From Balamuthia mandrillaris (lineage: Eukaryota), in NCBI GenBank assembly GCA_031835245.2, contig JAVKOQ020000020.1, positions 62,001-126,000 on the forward strand: DNA of 64,000 bases, in the 5' to 3' direction. Positions 60,420 to 64,000 of this stretch are shown piece after piece (position 1 is the stretch's first letter; the number at the start of each line of letters is the position of its first letter). The translations under genes and the position numbers were made by a program. A model generated the notes under the pieces. It had not been told where the DNA came from. It saw only the letters and a program-made list of their open reading frames with translations, and did no database searches.

Positions 60420-61874
60420 ATGAAGAGAAAAAGAGAAGCAGATGAAGAAGTAGACGAACAAGAGGAGGAAGCAGAAGAAAAACAAGAGGCAGACGTGAAG
60501 AAAAGAAAGCAAGAGAAGAGGCAAGAAGAGCTTTGTGCGCGGAGAGCAGATCACGCCTCGCTTCCGGATGAGTTGCTGTGCTACATATTTCACTGTCTGC
60601 CCCGTTGTTGGATGGCGTTAGCGGCAAGGACCTGTCGCCGATGGTACAGCTGCTGTCCTCCCGACTGCAGGAGCAAGTTCAGCCTGTCAGCGCTTTGCAG
60701 CAACTTTGCCTTGCTGGACTGGACGCTCCAACAACCCGATTGCCCTCAAGACGAGCGACTGTGTGATGGAGCTGCTTCGGGCGGCCATCTGGCAGTGCTC
60801 CAATGGCTAAGGCTCAAGAAAGGCTCTCCCTGGTCAGCCAAGACCTGCAGCAACGCAGCTCTGAGGGGACACCTCGACGTGCTGCTCTGGGCTCATGCGA
60901 ACGGATGCCTGTGGGACGGTGAAACCTACAGCAACGCGGCCCGTGGAGGACATATCCCTGTTTTGGAGTGGGCAACTGAGAAGGGCTGTCCAAGAAAGAG
61001 CGAAAGGGCATGCGACGAGGCGGCCAGGGCTGGTCACTTGCACGTTTTGCAGTGGCTTAGAGAACAAAAGGGGGAACCATTCGGCTGGTCGGCAGTGACC
61101 TGCAGCATGGCAGCTCTTGGAGGCCACCTTCAAGTGTTGCAATGGCTCCGAAGGAATGGGTGCCCTTGGGACGCTCGTACCTGTGCCTCCGCTGCTCAGG
61201 GTGGTCATCTTCATGTTCTCCAATGGGCAAGAAGGCAACCACAACAACAACGAAGCAGAGAAGTAGAAGAGAATGATCATGATGATGCCGATGGAGAAGG
61301 AACATGCCCTTGGGATCCGGTTGAAACTTGTCGCCTTGCTGCTGCGGGTGGTCACATAAACGTGCTGCTATGGGCTTTGGAGAAGGGTGGTGCCGCCTCC
61401 TGTGGCGGCGCCAACGAGATATGCACCGGAGCAGCCTCCTCCGGCCAGTTGAAGGTGCTAAAGTGGGCAAGGAGCAAGGGCTTCCCTTGGTCTCTGACAA
61501 CATGCCATGCCGCTGCTTTCTATGGCCACTTGAAGGCGTTACGGTGGCTTTGGAAGAAGGGATGCCCCTGGGACGCTGCAACGTGTAGCAATGCGGCTGC
61601 AGGAGGGCATTTGGAGGTATTGAAGTGGTTGAGGGAGACTGGATGTCCTTGGGATGGTTGGACCTGTGTTTGGGCAGCTGTGGAAAGGCATGAGGAGGTG
61701 TTGAAGTGGGCGCGTGAGAATGGCTGTCCGGAGATGGTACCGCAAGTCGCTGCCAGGAAAGAAAGGAGTGAAAGCACTATGGAACAACCGCAAGGAGGAG
61801 AAAAACGAGAAGAGCAAGATGAGGGAGAAAGAGGAGGAGAAAGAGAACGAAAAGAGGAAGAGGAAGGAGGATGA
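60420..61874 (+). CDS. F-box plus ankyrin-like (CPWD..TC..AA.GGHL.VL.W) repeat protein, intronless
   Basis: F-box SLPDELLCYIF..TCRRW followed by about 12 repeats such as GCPWDAATCSNAAAGGHLEVLKWLRE. Confidence 0.9.
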   Translation: MKRKREADEEVDEQEEEAEEKQEADVKKRKQEKRQEELCARRADHASLPDELLCYIFHCLPRCWMALAARTCRRWYSCCPPDCRSKFSLSALCSNFALLDWTLQQPDCPQDERLCDGAASGGHLAVLQWLRLKKGSPWSAKTCSNAALRGHLDVLLWAHANGCLWDGETYSNAARGGHIPVLEWATEKGCPRKSERACDEAARAGHLHVLQWLREQKGEPFGWSAVTCSMAALGGHLQVLQWLRRNGCPWDARTCASAAQGGHLHVLQWARRQPQQQRSREVEENDHDDADGEGTCPWDPVETCRLAAAGGHINVLLWALEKGGAASCGGANEICTGAASSGQLKVLKWARSKGFPWSLTTCHAAAFYGHLKALRWLWKKGCPWDAATCSNAAAGGHLEVLKWLRETGCPWDGWTCVWAAVERHEEVLKWARENGCPEMVPQVAARKERSESTMEQPQGGEKREEQDEGERGGERERKEEEEGG

Positions 61875-61917
61875 AGAACAACAAAACATGAATAAATACA
61901 AACAAGTTATAACTTAT

Positions 61918-62328
61918 TTAGGATGGCTTAGAGGGCAATGGCCGGAAGAAGGTCAGGTCGAAAGGAAGCCTGGCCAACGCCTCAAAGGGGCCATCCGACA
62001 TGTCCAACTTCCACAAGGCCCACTCCAACAGGAACCAAACCAGGAAGGTGGTGAGACTGGCCAGCAAGAATAACACAAACAGCTTGAAGGCAAATGCCGG
62101 TTTCGTCACCTCCTCGTTGCTCAGGGCCTCGCTGTGTTCCAAAGTGGCGAGCTCATCTTTTAGCTGCTCGATTTCGTTTTGGAGGTTTTGCACGTCCGAA
62201 CCGGAGACCTCTCCTGTTTGTTGGAAAAAGTCTTCGATCTCGTTCAACTTTTCCTGTGTTTGGAGAGAGAGAGAGAGAGAGAAAAAAAAAAACAATCACG
62301 TTAGCGGCCGTAAGAAGAGGAGAAAGCA

Positions 62329-62371
<43 letters not shown>

Positions 62372-62716
62372 GTTTCGGCTTTAATCTGTTCCTTCATGGC
62401 CTGTAATCTCTCCTTTGTTTTTCCGCCGGTTGACACTTTTAGCTGTTCCTGCAGCTCTCTGTTTGATTACAATCGAAAGAGGAAGTGTGACGGTGAAAGA
62501 AACTCAGTTAACCAACAAGACATAAAGAGAACGAAAAAAAAAGGATGAAGAGGCGTTATTTTTTTTTTTAAAAAAAAACCTATTTTTCTCCAGCGTTACA
62601 AGAAGTTGAGCAATACTATTCTTTACATCCTCCAGAGGCTGAGCGCTCGACGAGGATCCCCCACCAATATCTTCCATCTCCCTTCTTTTCTTTCTCGTCC
62701 AGATATTTGTAGACAT
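61918..62716 (-). CDS. Coiled-coil protein with C-terminal TM and short tail (3 exons)
   Basis: Helical exons, TM FKLFVLFLLASLTTFLVWFLL and a tail ending RPLPSKPS*. Confidence 0.65.
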
Positions 62717-62863
62717 GTCGACACATCTAGTGATCTTGATCTCCTTTCAAAATTTTATTGAAATTTCTGACAAACAAGGTAAGAAATTTCACCCACGAGA
62801 CAAAAAAAAAAAAAGAAAGAAAAAAGAAAAGAAAAAACAAAGAGGGCAAAAAAAAAAAAAAAA

Positions 62864-64000
62864 ATGGAAGGAGGAGGAGGGTCGAAGCACAAGCTGGAAG
62901 AAGCCGTGGCTGCCTTTGTCAGTGGTGGCGGCTCCGCTGAGCACCCGGACGAAGGAGCCCACTCCCTTCAGGAGCTGATCTCTCGGTTAGACCAGGCGCA
63001 GGGCCCCGACTGGGCGCAGTACAAGCAGGCCAAGGCCGCCGAGTGGAAGGGCAGAGGCAACGAGGAGCTGGCCGCCAACAACGCCGTGGCTGCCGTGCGG
63101 TGGTTCACCGTCTGCGCTGCCCTCGACCCCGCCAACTACGTCTACTATAGCAACAGGAGCGCTGCCTATGCCAACCTGGGGCTCTACGAGGAGGCCCTGC
63201 GTGACGCTGAGCAAGTCATTGCGCTTAATCCTTCCTGGCCTAGGGTTAGGAACCTTTCCTTCCTCTTCTCTGCTTCCATGTTCTACGACTTCTCTCCTGC
63301 CTCTCCCTCACTCTCTTCTCTCTCCCCACTCCCCCTCCCACATTTTCTCACTCTCCTCACACACACTCTCACTCTCTTTCTCTATTGCTGTTTCTCATGC
63401 GTTATTTTTTTCTAACCAACAAACAAAAAAGGGGTATTCCCGCAAAGGGTTGGCGTGCTTCTTCCTGAAAAAGTATGACCACGCGTTGCAGGCCTACACC
63501 AAAGGTCTGGAACTGGATCCAGAGAACGAGGCCATGAAAGCCAGCCTCCAGCAGCTTCAAACCAAAGTGCAGGCGCAGGACGCCAACGAGAAGGGAGAGG
63601 AAGCGGTGGCCAAGAACAAGTTGGAGCACGCGCTGCAGTGGTTCGACAAGGCCATCTCCTTGGATCCAACGGAGAGCGTGTTCACTGCCAACCGGGCTGA
63701 TGCCTACCTGCGAGTAGGCGACGGCGTCAAAGCCCTCAACGATGCTGATCAAACCATTCGTCTCCGTCCCGATTGGCCCAAAGTACGCTCTTTTTTTCTC
63801 TGCCTTATCTCTTCTTTCTCCTCTCGCTCATCTCCTCTCTGCTTCTCTTCTGTCTTCTCTCTCTCTCTCTCTCTCTCTGCTTTTGTTTCCTCTTCAGTCT
63901 TTTCTCTCTCTCTCTCTCTCCATCTCTTTTTCTCGCTTCTCTTCTCCTGGTTCTTTGAAGCCTTTTGCGAACAAACAAACAAAAAAATCAGGGATACATC
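62864..64000 (+). CDS. TPR-repeat (STI1/HOP-like) protein, 5' part
   Basis: KGRGNEEL, DPANYVYYSNRSAAY, ALRDAEQVIALNPSWPR|GYSRKG, AYTKGLELDPEN, NRADAY; runs off the window. Confidence 0.88.

Overview
Gene-dense eukaryotic nuclear DNA with short GT-AG introns often filled with CT/TTC/TTCTTG microsatellites. Gene content and intron style suggest an amoebozoan protist (Acanthamoeba/Balamuthia-like; inference only). About 30 genes could be assembled by hand: triple-SH3, ankyrin, EF-hand, RhoGAP, Neverland/DAF-36-type Rieske oxygenase, dual-specificity phosphatase, MetX-fold acyltransferase, cysteine synthase, ERI-type exonuclease, hydantoinase-DUF917, PP2C-like, SMP-domain, AIM24, galactokinase, Ras, F-box/ankyrin, TPR and others. 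Highlights: (1) an apparently intact hAT transposon (7110-9640, 8-bp TSD ATCTATAA) lies inside a ~330-aa CxxC-rich type I surface-protein gene that the ORF track misses, and that gene also carries a second 385-bp insertion with a 5-bp direct repeat; (2) a head-to-head pair of a MetX-fold acyltransferase and a cysteine synthase, both with mitochondrial-type presequences, probably encodes a two-step cysteine pathway from one 231-bp promoter; (3) introns show strand-biased microsatellites and A-rich AAG acceptors. No rRNA, tRNA or CRISPR was seen. All family assignments come from motif recognition, not database searches.
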